Under the pieces are notes generated by a model. The model did no database searches, was not told where the DNA came from, and saw only the letters and a list, made by a program, of their open reading frames with translations. Below, in pieces: positions 38,999-49,287 of a stretch of DNA of 64,000 bases. This stretch comes from Octopus bimaculoides (taxonomy: Eukaryota), in assembly GCF_001194135.2 (NCBI RefSeq), contig NC_068990.1:70368967-70432966 (forward strand), in the 5' to 3' direction. Made by a program: the position numbers and the translations under genes. Position 1 is the first letter of the stretch. Each line of letters begins with the position of its first letter.

Positions 38999-39454
38999 AA
39001 ACATCATACTTTTTGCTAAACCTTCCTTTCTAACCTGAAATGCAAATTTCTGAATCTTACTTACAGTTTCATTCTACATATGAATCTAGAGAAATTTGAG
39101 TTAAATCAACAGTACTGACTTTGCTGGCCTTAAAAAACCTGAATAGACTGTTAGCATTTCCTCTCTACCTTGCAATGGGGAGAGTGGGAGCTATTCACCA
39201 TGCATCTGTGCATATATGCACAGGTCTGAGCAAGATTTTTTTTAAACGAAGACTAGAAGATACCCATGCATGTAGGTTTAGCCTAGCTCTGTGCCACTGA
39301 TGTTTATCAAAAAGAAAAGCCACTGACTTAGACCAGTATAGCTTGGCACAAGTGTTGTCAGAACACAAAGAAGCAGAACAGACACCACATCTTGCTTCAT
39401 TCTCTAGCAGTTCTACCAATCCACTGTTCACAATTGATACTTTTTTTTTTATTA

Positions 39455-39985
39455 ATTGAGCCCCAAAAGGAGAAAAGGCAAAGTTGACCTCAGGTGGATT
39501 TGAACCCAGAGAGCGGAAAGTTAAAGTAGAAACTCTGAATCATTCTATTCAGTACACTTACAAGTCTGCCAATTCACTACCAAATCTATTATTATCAAGG
39601 TGGCAAGATGGCAGAATTGTTAGCATGCCAAACAAAATGCTTCATGGCATTTGTTTCAGCTTTATGTTCTGAGTTCAGTCGTCTTTGTCTTTCATATTTT
39701 CAAGGTGAATAAAATAAGTACCAATTGAGCACTGTGAACAATGTAATCGATTGGCTCCTTGCCACAAAATTTCAGGCTTTGTGCATAAGATGATGAGTTG
39801 ACAGATTGGTGAGCATGTTGGACAAAATGCTTAGTGGCATTACTTTTGACTTATATTCTAAGATCAAGTTTCACCAAGTTGACTTTGCTTTTGATTCTTT
39901 CAGGGTTGATAAGATAATGTACTAGCTAAGTACTCCCTTCCTCTTCCTAAAATTTCCTGGTGTTGGACAAAAATTTGAAATGTCG
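39455..39985. mobile_element. Cluster of three SINE family C copies (minus, plus, plus)
   Basis: 39455-39580 has aaaggcaaagttgacctcaggtggatttgaaccc (minus). 39600-39790 and 39790-39985 have ggcagaattgttagcatgcc...ttctgagttc and gttgactttgc (plus). Confidence 0.7.
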
Positions 39986-40356
39986 TTGTTTCTCCTTATC
40001 TTGTAGCTATAAAACTGATATCAAGACAGAACTACGAAAATATAGTCTTTGGTCCATTCGAAGAACTAATGCTTCATCCTATGATTATCTTATGAATGTT
40101 CAGCTTGTCTGTAAATCTTTCATCTTCTAGATATTAAATCATCCCTGACAATTCTAAGAATTTTCATTTTTATAAAGAATTTGTATTTTCATTTATTCAT
40201 TTATATATTTATTTATTATGCTTACAAAATGTCTTTAGACTTATGAATTCACAGTTTAAATTCTGAATTTAATTTATATCCTTTATATATATATATATGT
40301 CAGTAAATGGTGGAGTTGTGTTAACCGCATGTGGAGAAATAATAGGAAACTAAAAA

Positions 40357-41312
40357 ATAATAATAATAATTGATTCTGGTTTTATTGGCCACAAGGGCTA
40401 ATATAAATTAAAAACATGTAAGGACGAAGGTTACAAAGGGTTTTGTCCGAAAAGAAGAAAACGTTCATGTAAACAGTGGAAAAACAGAGAAAGATATAAC
40501 AAATAAAACTCCCAATAGGGGGGGGGGGCTTCGAAAGGTTACATGTGGAAAAACCCATAAAAGCCACACGAGCCTGGTCAGGAAATAAAAAAGGGGTATA
40601 GAGCCCCTTCTCCTTTTATATTACCTTTTTCTACAGGTGTATCCTCAGAATTGGTCTGTTCATACTGGCCATTCTTCCAACAGTCACCCATCTTTCAACA
40701 AATTTGCTATGAGACACCCCTTCCCTCTCTACTCTCATCTTCCTTTTCAAGTGGAACTTGAAAAAGTTGATGAAGCCTTGGCCAAAGAGGAAATTGTCTG
40801 ACTTTAGCCCTTTCAAACGGGTCCACCATACCACCATTTTCGCTACAGCCACTAGACATAGGAAAATTGCCTTGCCCTCCCGGTTAAAGGAGGTCGGCGG
40901 GTCAGTCTTCACGATGGATTCAGCTGATAGCCGGATCTGTCCTACACATGACAGTAGCTGTTCGACATAAATCCATAGGTCAGCAATACTCGGGCACTGG
41001 ATGAGTGCATGCAGAACGGTTTTGTCATCCTGAGTGCACCTTGGGCAGGACTGGCTGACGGCACTTCCGTGCCAGTAGAGTTCATTTCAAATAGGCAGCA
41101 CCCCTCGGTAGCACTGCCAGGTGAGGGACCTTTAGAAGTTATCCATGGGCCCCGGCCCGAAAGTTCTTCTGAACAGACTGTTTAACTGATTATCTTCGAC
41201 GCCCAGTTTCCCCGAGAACATCATCGCACTTTTCCTCCACTAACCCTCTATAGAACGCTAGAGTGGAGCTACTACCGATCGCATTGCCCGCCTGACTGCA
41301 GGCGGTAAGAGC
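40357..41312 (-). mobile_element. L1/Tx1-clade LINE 3' end (zinc-knuckle region, 3' UTR, AATAAA and (ATT)n tail)
   Basis: Minus strand reads RSLTWQCYRGVLP...SCPRCTQDDKTVLHALIQCPSIADLWIYVEQLL (CCHC), then FLCLVAVAKMVVWWTR...FKFHLKRKMRVER. It ends GCCCTTGTGGCCAATAAAAACCAGAATCAATTATTATT. Confidence 0.85.
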
Positions 41313-41316
41313 TTAA

Positions 41317-42138
41317 GGCAGAATGCTAAACTGAAAGCATATTTTAATATAGATGTGTATAAGGAGGATTAAAAAGGATTTCTAACCGGCTTTCATTGCA
41401 TGGCAAATTTTCAAGAAGAGAGAAAATGAAAATAATGTTTTTTACAAAAAAATAAAAAATATAGAAAAATAAATATACCAATACATTATACTGTCTTTGA
41501 GTGTTTAAAGTTCAATGGTAATCTATGTAGATAATTGTTAAAAAGATTAGGATGCATGTAATTTAAATTCCTTATATTCCCTTTCTATCAATGTAAAGGC
41601 AAAATCTCTACACAAGAAAGAATCAACAAGGAGAATCTTTTTATAGAGAAATTCCAAACGCTTCTTAACATACAAACTTCTCAGTGACCATATTCCCTTC
41701 TCTCACCTACCCAATGAAATACATATAAATTTACTTCTTGTTTCTCTAAGAACAGACATAAACTTCCTGTTGACAAAGAGTCCAGAACTCCAACTAAAGA
41801 GTATAAAACCCACAGAATTGTCTTCCCTTACACCTACTTCCTGTTTTGACATCACACTTCCTGTTTAACATAAACTTTCAGCCTTTTCTTAAACACAACA
41901 CACATCTTAATTACATGCATCCTAATCTTTCTAACAATTATCTACATGGATTACCATTGAACTTTAAAAGCTCAAATACAATATAATGTATTGGTATATT
42001 TATTTTTCTATATTTTTTTTTTTTTTNNNNNNNNNNCTTCTTGAAAATTTGCCATGCAATGAAAGCCAGTTAGAAATCCTTTTTAATCCTCCTTATATAC
42101 ATCTATATTAAAATATGCTTTCAGTTTAGCATTCTGCC
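41317..42138. mobile_element. Non-autonomous DNA transposon with TIRs of about 245 bp
   Basis: TTAA|GGCAGAATGCTAAACTGAAAGC ... GCTTTCAGTTTAGCATTCTGCC|TTAT. Only 2 mismatches in the outer 102 bp by manual comparison. TIRs span 41317-41563 and 41909-42138. Confidence 0.9.
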
Positions 42139-42334
42139 TTATTATTATTATTATTATTATTTATTTTCCTATATATATGTATATATATTCACTGGTTTTC
42201 AGACATTGCGCTGAGGCCATGCTGGGGCACTGCCTTTAAGAGTTTAGCTGATGCCATTTTTTTTTTATTTTGATGCCTAGTACTTTTGTGTTCATTTCCA
42301 TTTATTTAACTGTTAAGTTATGGAACAAGCACAC

Positions 42335-42500
42335 ACACACACATACACACATTATACAAGTTTCCACATAGTTTCTGTCTATCATATCTCACTTACAAAC
42401 CATTAGTTGACCCAAGTCTATTGTGGAAGACATTTGTCCAAGGTGCCAACAGTAGATCTAAGGTTGCAAAGCAAACTTCTTAACCATACAACTATAAAAG
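42335..42500 (-). mobile_element. Degenerate SINE family A head
   Basis: agtttctgtctatc...ttgacccaagtctattgtggaagacatttgtccaaggtgcc...gcaaagcaaacttcttaaccatac. Confidence 0.6.
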
Positions 42501-42936
42501 CAGAAATTCTACAAATTGTACCTCCCCGGTCAAATTTGATGTCTTCACCGCTCAATACTTCTTACTTGCATATTTGCAATTATCTGCATATTTTTCCCAT
42601 TCAGGTAACAACAGCTGCAAGTGTCCGTCTGGTTGACATCTGTTTCATGTAGCCATAACTCACTCTTAGCAAATAACATTTTCTTCTCTCTAAATATCAA
42701 CGAAAGTTTACCTGCCTCCTGTTTGTTTCAATAATTGAAATGAATGAATGCATTTAAATGTATATACATAGAGTCTGCCATGAATGGAGAGGATTGGGTT
42801 GAGCTTGGTCCATTGAATAAGTCATGTTAATTTATGACATGGATTGAATGCAATTAAAAGAAACATAACCAGCCATCAGAGTTGTTGGCTGGTGTATGGC
42901 AGAGAGATTACTGAGTTGGCATAGATTTGATGATCA

Positions 42937-43640
42937 AGTTCTGATGTAAGCACATACCCCTCATAACTTTTTTATTCCTACAAATTTTTTTTTTTGATTC
43001 TGTCTTCTGCATAATGGAATTAATACGATTATGCAATAAAAAATAATTTTCTCTTACACATAACACATTTGGTTCTAGTAGAGATATGTGCTGGTCAAAT
43101 GATTTTCTTTTACACAAACATGTGGTTCTAGTGGAGATATGTGGTTAAATGATTTTCTTTTACACAAACATTTGTGGTTCTAGTAGAGATATGTGCTGGC
43201 CAAATGATTTTCTTTTACACAAACATGTGGTTCTAGTGGAGACATGTGGTTAAATGATTTTCTTTTACACAAACATTTGTGGTTCTAGTTGAGATATGTG
43301 CTGGTCAAATGATTTTTTCTTGCACAAACACGTGGTTCTGGTGGAGATATGAGCTGGCCGCCATGCATGATTGTTTAAAACTTTTTCAATTTTGATTTCA
43401 AAGTACTTAAAAAAATTATTTGGAAATCATAAAGAGAAATGAATGGCAGAATTGGACTGTCCATATTTTAAAACCAAAAATTTAAAAAAAAAAGAAAAAA
43501 AAACAGTGGAAAGTTTTGGAATTAGGTGGGGTGGGGATTAAAAAATTTTTTTATTGCATAATCGCTTTAATTCCAATTGAAAAAATTTTGTGAAAATTTG
43601 TAAAAATGAAAAGGTTTTAGTACATGCTTACATCAGAACT
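42937..43640. mobile_element. Unclassified TIR element enclosing a higher-order minisatellite
   Basis: Termini AGTTCTGATGTAAGCA...TGCTTACATCAGAACT (perfect 16 bp), plus an inner inverted block ggaattaa..cgattatgcaataaaaaa. No TSD found. Confidence 0.75.
43060..43360. repeat. Minisatellite with alternating 55-bp and 50-bp units (105-bp higher-order repeat)
   Basis: acacaaacat unit starts at 43112, 43162, 43217, 43267 and 43322 (spacings 50, 55, 50, 55). The A unit has ttgtgg...gtgctgg; the B unit has gtgg...gtggtt. Confidence 0.92.
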
Positions 43641-43864
43641 CCACCGGTTTGATGTATGTTGGATGAAATTGGGAGGGTGGGGGTTTAAGATACGAGATAG
43701 TTCAGTATAGATTGACTTGGTAAGGGTTGATGTAGTTAGATCAACCCCTTCATAGGCAAGATGGTTCAGGATTTAGACACATAGAGAGATGTTACACTGC
43801 TCATAGAATAATCTTTTATTGACATAGGAAAAGACACTAATGTTGCAGTGGTTGTTGTTGTTTC

Positions 43865-44470
43865 AACTGAAGGCTCAAAGCTTGAAATTTTGGGAGTGGG
43901 GACTAGTTGATTAGATCGACCCTAATGTTTCACCGGTACTTAATTTATTGACCCTGAAAAGATGAAAGACAAAGTCAACCTCAGCAGCATTTGAACTGAG
44001 AATGTGAAGATGGACAAAATACTGCTAAGCATTTCACCCAAGTGCTAGCGACTCTGTCAGCTCATCACCTTAATAATAATAATGATAATAAAAATAATAA
44101 CAACAGCAATAATGGTTTCTTTTATTTGTCACTGGGGCACCAGATGAGGGGAATGTTACAAGAAAAGTTTACATTTGGTGTGTGTGTGGCAGGGCGTACA
44201 TAAAAGACAAGGGAAAGAAAGTAAGAGCAGGAGAGATTAGATAACAAGTATATGGCAAAATCAGTAGAGGGGTTGACAAAATACCTTGAAATATTTAGCT
44301 GCACACCCTGACATTCTGAGTTCTGAGTTCAAATCTTACTGAGGTCAAAATTGTCTTTCATCCATCCATCCAGAATCAATAAAATAACTTAGTTGACCAG
44401 TTAAGTACTGGAACTGATCTAATTGACTGCATCTATTCATCCAACCAAAATTTTAGGCTTTGTGAAAAAA
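43865..44470. mobile_element. Inverted pair of SINE family C copies (43865-44070 minus, 44300-44470 plus), with a 3'-tail fragment between them
   Basis: gaccctgaaaagatgaaagacaaagtcaacctcagcagcatttgaactgagaatg versus attctgagttctgagttcaaatcttactgaggtcaaaattgtctttcatcc. Confidence 0.7.
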
Positions 44471-44789
44471 AATCAGTAATAATGATGTTAGAAACCAATA
44501 ATAATGATGATGTATTATCTCAAAATATAAACTAATGTAATCTATCGAGTATTTCCACCCTGATTTCTCCCATCCACCCTTATATAATGCAAGGTAGCCA
44601 TGTTTCCCCTCTACAACAACAAACTGCTTCCTGTCCTTCTATCATACTTTAACCTCTCAACACCCAGCATGAAGCCACCTCCCTCTCAACTATACTCCTA
44701 CTCAAGTAAAGGGGACTTTTAAGTCTTGTGAGCTATTCAGTTGCATAAAGTTATGTAATAAACTCATCAATACTGATAACATGAAAGAA

Positions 44790-44955
44790 AAAAAACACCC
44801 AGTACACTCTATAAAGTGTTTGGCATTAGGAGGGGCATCAAGCTGTAGAAACTATGTCAAGACAGACGGAGCATGATGCGGTCCTCTGACTCACTGGATC
44901 ATATCAAACTATCCAACCATTCCAGCATGGAAGACGGACATCAAATCATGTTGAT
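44790..44955 (+). mobile_element. Short RTE tail fragment; another at about 51600-51810
   Basis: cccagtacactctataaagtgtttggcattaggaggggcatcaagctgtagaaact...ccaaccattccagcatggaagacggacatcaaatcatg. Confidence 0.7.
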
Positions 44956-45064
44956 GTAGTGTTACGTCATCAAGGCCCTTTAATATAAAACAGTTAAATC
45001 ATTTCAGTACTTTTAGATGTTTTTAAAGCTTAAACTTTATCTTTTATCATTATATTTATATTTT

Positions 45065-45512
45065 CATCATGATCATTATTTTAACATCTAATTTTTTCAT
45101 ATTTGCATCAGCCAGATGATAGAATTTGTTGAGGCAGGTTTGCTATGGCTGAATGCTCTTCCTGTCAACAACCCACACCTGTTTCCAAGCATGGTGAAAC
45201 ATGCTTTTCACAGAAGGCTGAAAATGAAGAATCTTACCTGTATCATGATGATGACAATGATGATGATGCTCATTTACAACCATCATGTGATGCCTGGACA
45301 AGAGTATACTATCTCTCTCTGTCTCTCTCACTCACACACACACATGCATTCGCACATGTTGGACTTCTTTCAGTTTCCATCTAACAAAGTTAAGCTTTGG
45401 TCAACTCAGGGCTAAAGTATGAGGTACTTGACTAAGGTATTGCATAGTGGGGCTGAACCTGAGGCCTCATGCCTGGAAAGTAATCTTAACTATTCACCCA
45501 TGCCTGTATCCA
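45065..45512 (-). mobile_element. SINE family A head with an RTE-type tail
   Basis: Same architecture as 33985-34412. Confidence 0.7.
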
Positions 45513-45737
45513 TGTTCTGTTTAACATAGTCTTAGAGACATTATGTATGTAAGAATAAATGAGACGGTTGTACTGTTTTTTTATCATATGTCTGTCTGAT
45601 TAGTAATAACTTGGAGTTATATCACCCGCTATTTACTATGTTAAACTCTTCTACTATGGAGTTATATAAAAAAAAATTTTTGTATGTCTTTTGTAATTTA
45701 ACATTTATCTAAAATTATCATCTTTTATTCTTTTCAG

Positions 45738-45832
45738 TCGACAGAGATATGTTTTGGGTGACACAGCCATGAAAAGGATGGCACAAGCATCTGTATTGCT
45801 GTATGGTGTTGGAGGTCTGGGAATTGAAATTG
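45738..45832 (+). CDS. UBA6: UBA6 internal coding exon (N-terminal adenylation domain of ubiquitin-like modifier-activating enzyme 6), 95 nt, phase 2 to phase 1
   Basis: Acceptor ttttattcttttcag| and donor |gtaagg. Reads T-CGA-CAG-AGA-TAT... = (S)RQRYVLGDTAMKRMAQASVLLYGVGGLGIEI(A). SRQRYVLGDTAM matches UBA6 rather than UBA1 (SRQLYVLG), and a GxGGLG motif is present. Confidence 0.93.
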
Positions 45833-45949
45833 GTAAGGAGTCTCACATTATTCTCTCCTTTATATTTTTCTTCCTTGTTTCTTTTTTTGATTTTGGGACC
45901 ATGTCCCTATTATGTCTACTCTTGTGGAAATAATAAAGAAATTAGATTA

Positions 45950-47147
45950 TTATTATTATTATTGTTGTTGTTCATTTCACTTCTCAGAGGTCTTGGTTTC
46001 ACTTGCTTCAGCTAATTTTGTAACAGTGGACAACAACCTGTTATCAAGGATCTTACAGGGTCTTCTTCCACGATACTTAACATCCAAATACAAATCTCAA
46101 AATCCTCAGTCCTCAATAAAGCAGTTTTCTGAGCATGTTCTACCTTCATGTCAATCCCGATTTCTCTAACAAATTTCTCAAACCTAGTTGTTAAATACTT
46201 CTTATGCTCCTATAATTACTGGGACAAAAGTTTCTTCATTGTCTACATTCATGGGGGCTTTTACTTCTCAATTTTTTCCAGTTCTTTATCATTCACTCAT
46301 ACATTCTCAGGTATGACAGTATCCATGATCTTGATTTACTTCATCATTTTATCAAATACAACAATGTCTGGTCCATGAGCAGCAATCACCTAAACGCAAT
46401 GGGTTGTAAAATCTCACAAGACCGTATTCTCATCGTTCTCAGTGACACCTTCTGGTTTATACTTGTGTCATTTCAATGTCCTTTCAAAATGTACTTCTCA
46501 CACAATCTCCTATGAGCATGCATAGCTACATTATCATACTTCCTTTTGAGCCAGTTTACTACACTCTCTCCCACAATATGTGAGACTGTTTCATTTTTGA
46601 CACTACACATCCTATAAAGGGGTGATTCAATACTCTTATCTATTTGTAACTTATTGTAATTTGTTCTCAAAACTTGTTCCTGAACACTGCATATCAGTGC
46701 ATCAGTGCATCCTTTCAGATCACTATCCCTTAGCCACCTCCAGATGTTGGCATTGCCTTCCCTTCCATATCTTTGAAGTATTGCCCATGCATCACTTTCC
46801 AGTTGATCAATCTTTGCTCTTCATCTTGTTAGATTCTTTTGGGTGTGTCACATTTTCACTAGGTATCGTGTTGCAATGTCTAACAGCAACAACCAAAGGT
46901 TTAATCTACTATTTGATGTACCATGCCAAACTGTTTTCCTCATTGACAACACAGCTCTTGTATTCTATAAGCCCTCTTCATTCCTTGTTTCTAGACATAT
47001 ACAATCTACGTCACTTTTAAAGTGCAGTTCCATGTTCATCGTCATCACTTTCCTGGTCTGTCTATCCATTTTTTCAAGCTTATTCTTTGTCTATTTAACA
47101 ACACCTGTGCCATATTGCATTAAAGAGACAGTCCATGTATTTATTGC
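45950..47147 (-). mobile_element. R4/Dong-clade LINE 3' portion (element A): post-RT domain, CCHC region, RLE endonuclease and (TAA)n end
   Basis: AINTWTVSLMQYGTGVVK*TKNKLEKMDRQTRKVMTMNMELHFKSDVD; MRTNYNKLQIDKSIESPLYRMCSVKNETVSHIVGE; HGPDIVVFDK...IKIMDTVIP (PD..D); IGIDMKVEHAQKTALL; terminates at a TAA run. Confidence 0.88.
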
Positions 47148-47500
47148 TTAATCAGTTTGAATATTAAAGTCCCAAGCAAAGGTGGTACCTTTATTTTCTA
47201 CTACTTTGATAGTCCTATGTTCCTGTCAGTTCTCACATACGAATCGAAACTGAGAGCATATGAACCAGTGCAAATACTGACCAAGTTTATCATAGCAATT
47301 AATATATTCATTTGAGGTTAACATAGAGCATCCAGAAATGAGTTGATCATTTTTTCTCTGGATGTACCATAAGAGCAACACGAAAGATCAGCATCAATTT
47401 TAAGAATGTTTGTTTAGTAATTTCTTGTGGCAGACTCTGATTCTGATATCATTATTATTAATATTATCCAGCTCTCAGCTAAATCCATTGTAAATATCCC
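47139..47500 (-). mobile_element. Second, diverged R4-clade LINE fragment (element B): CCHC-to-RLE linker
   Basis: Q-N-Q-S-L-(A)-T-R-N-Y, DQLISGCSMLTSNEYINCYDKLGQYLHWFIC and VVENKGTTFAWDFNIQTD*AI, which stops just before the expected xRPD motif. Confidence 0.7.
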
Positions 47501-49287
47501 TATTCATTCCATTGGCCAGAAAGGGCAGGCAGCTTTATCTGTCTGGTGGTCTTGATGAAAGAGATTGTGTGGTGGACAAGATTAAATGTGATAAAGACAA
47601 ACTCATGTTCCCCTTTGGCCATTCTCTCATCGACTTCACAAATTTCTTCTTGAAAAGAGAAATAAGATTGTTGAAAAGTGGACAAGAGTGGTTAACATAG
47701 TCCAAGTAAACAGGCCTGCTCTGAGCATGAGCCTGTGATTGGAGAAGGTTAAGTCTTAGTGGTCAATCTAACCATGTTTTTTGTGCAGTTTTCACAAATA
47801 GCTCTTAGATGTCTCCCCACTTTTACAGAATTTTTCTTTATTTGAATGTTTGCTTTTGTTATTTCTCTTGTTTACAGTAAATAGTCTTGAATACAATACA
47901 GTAATTAGTACGATGACGAGCTCAGCCTTTGGTGATCTGATATAGCCATCAACAATTGGCCAATCCCATCAAGTTCAGTGTGGTTGGCAGTAGTAGTTGT
48001 AGTGTTCATTCTATTTCCTAAAGATTATTAGTGGGAAGTAAGTGAAATAAGTACAACTAGGAATCAATGAAACCAGGGTAGCATAGTGATTCTATCAGAA
48101 GTTTCTCATTTTAGTTTACAATATTTACTGTGCCAGTATGAATGGATAAGCAAATATCATCATAATCTGTCTTTTTACTGACATGGATTGGACAGTTTGA
48201 CAGGAGTTGACAGGTTGAGGAACTGCATCAGATCCTGTCAACCCATGCCAGCATAGAAGATGGACATTAGCAGAGGAGGAGTAGGATGATGATAACAATG
48301 ACATTCATTCATGATGGAGTATGGAACTATGATGATGATATATTGATATTGGTGTTTTGAATGGTAGTGTGGTAGTGATGATGATGGTGATGATTATAAC
48401 AATGGCAGTATGTACATTTCACTAGCATTTGTAATTTCTCAACAACTTGCCAGTCCCACATTTCTCAATCATTGAAAAATTTTCAGATTCCATTGCATGC
48501 AATACAGAAGAACCTTGTCTGGTTTGCCATTACCATGGTGAAGTAGAAATTGCAAAATATTTCAGCTATCTCAGTTATGCATATTTACTGCATGTAAGTG
48601 GCAGCAGTGTTGGGTTGTAGCCTTGTTAGTTCTAACTACTACAAGCTACTGTTATATGTCAGCTGTCTCTTGTTAAAGTATTCTCTTTCTTCTTATACAC
48701 AAACATGTTTATTTTATACCTTATATTAATCACTAATGATAGTTGTTGCTGCTCTTCCTAATCTCAAGTTAGTCACTTAGTATGGCCTACTTCCTGCTTA
48801 GATTATCGTTACAATCTCAATCACTTGAAATAGAGCTCCTGGCTTGCCTGAAAGTTCTTATTCATTTTGTATTTACGCTTTTTACTAAAGCATCATTTTC
48901 TTTTTCTTTCATGTTAAACAGAAACTAAATATGACTTTTTTCTTTTGATTTACATTGGTTTAAACTGGAAGTCAGTTGTTTGTCAACCAAATGTATTTTT
49001 ACACCCTGCAATGTCTAATGAGGACAATGACTTGGTAGGAGTATATATGAGTTTGCATTGGTATAAATATATTGTGAGAGACTGGTGAGAAGACAAAATG
49101 CTAAATGAATTAAGTGTAGGCTTGAGAGAATTTTAAAAAAGTGGAGTTAGAAGAATTTTCAGGAAGTAGACATGCAGATAAGATGATTCAGTATTGTGGT
49201 GCATAATAGTATGCTTGCAAAAAAAAAAAAGGGATATATTGGTGATAACAGTGTTACTGACAATGATGATAATGTGGTAGAACCATA

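Noticed and set aside
39195-39431. 78-aa ORF with CGVC...C as a zinc finger
   Set aside because: Ligand spacing is incomplete, no family is recognisable and there is no splice support.
43060-43360. CRISPR-like regular repeat array
   Set aside because: The units are contiguous with no unique spacers, no cas genes are present, and the context is eukaryotic; it is a minisatellite.
47512-47700. 62-aa + strand ORF containing FTNFFL, similar to the next expected UBA6 exon
   Set aside because: It lies before the 29-nt exon (wrong order), has no suitable splice sites and lacks the xxTIHD motif; probably a TE remnant, unassigned.
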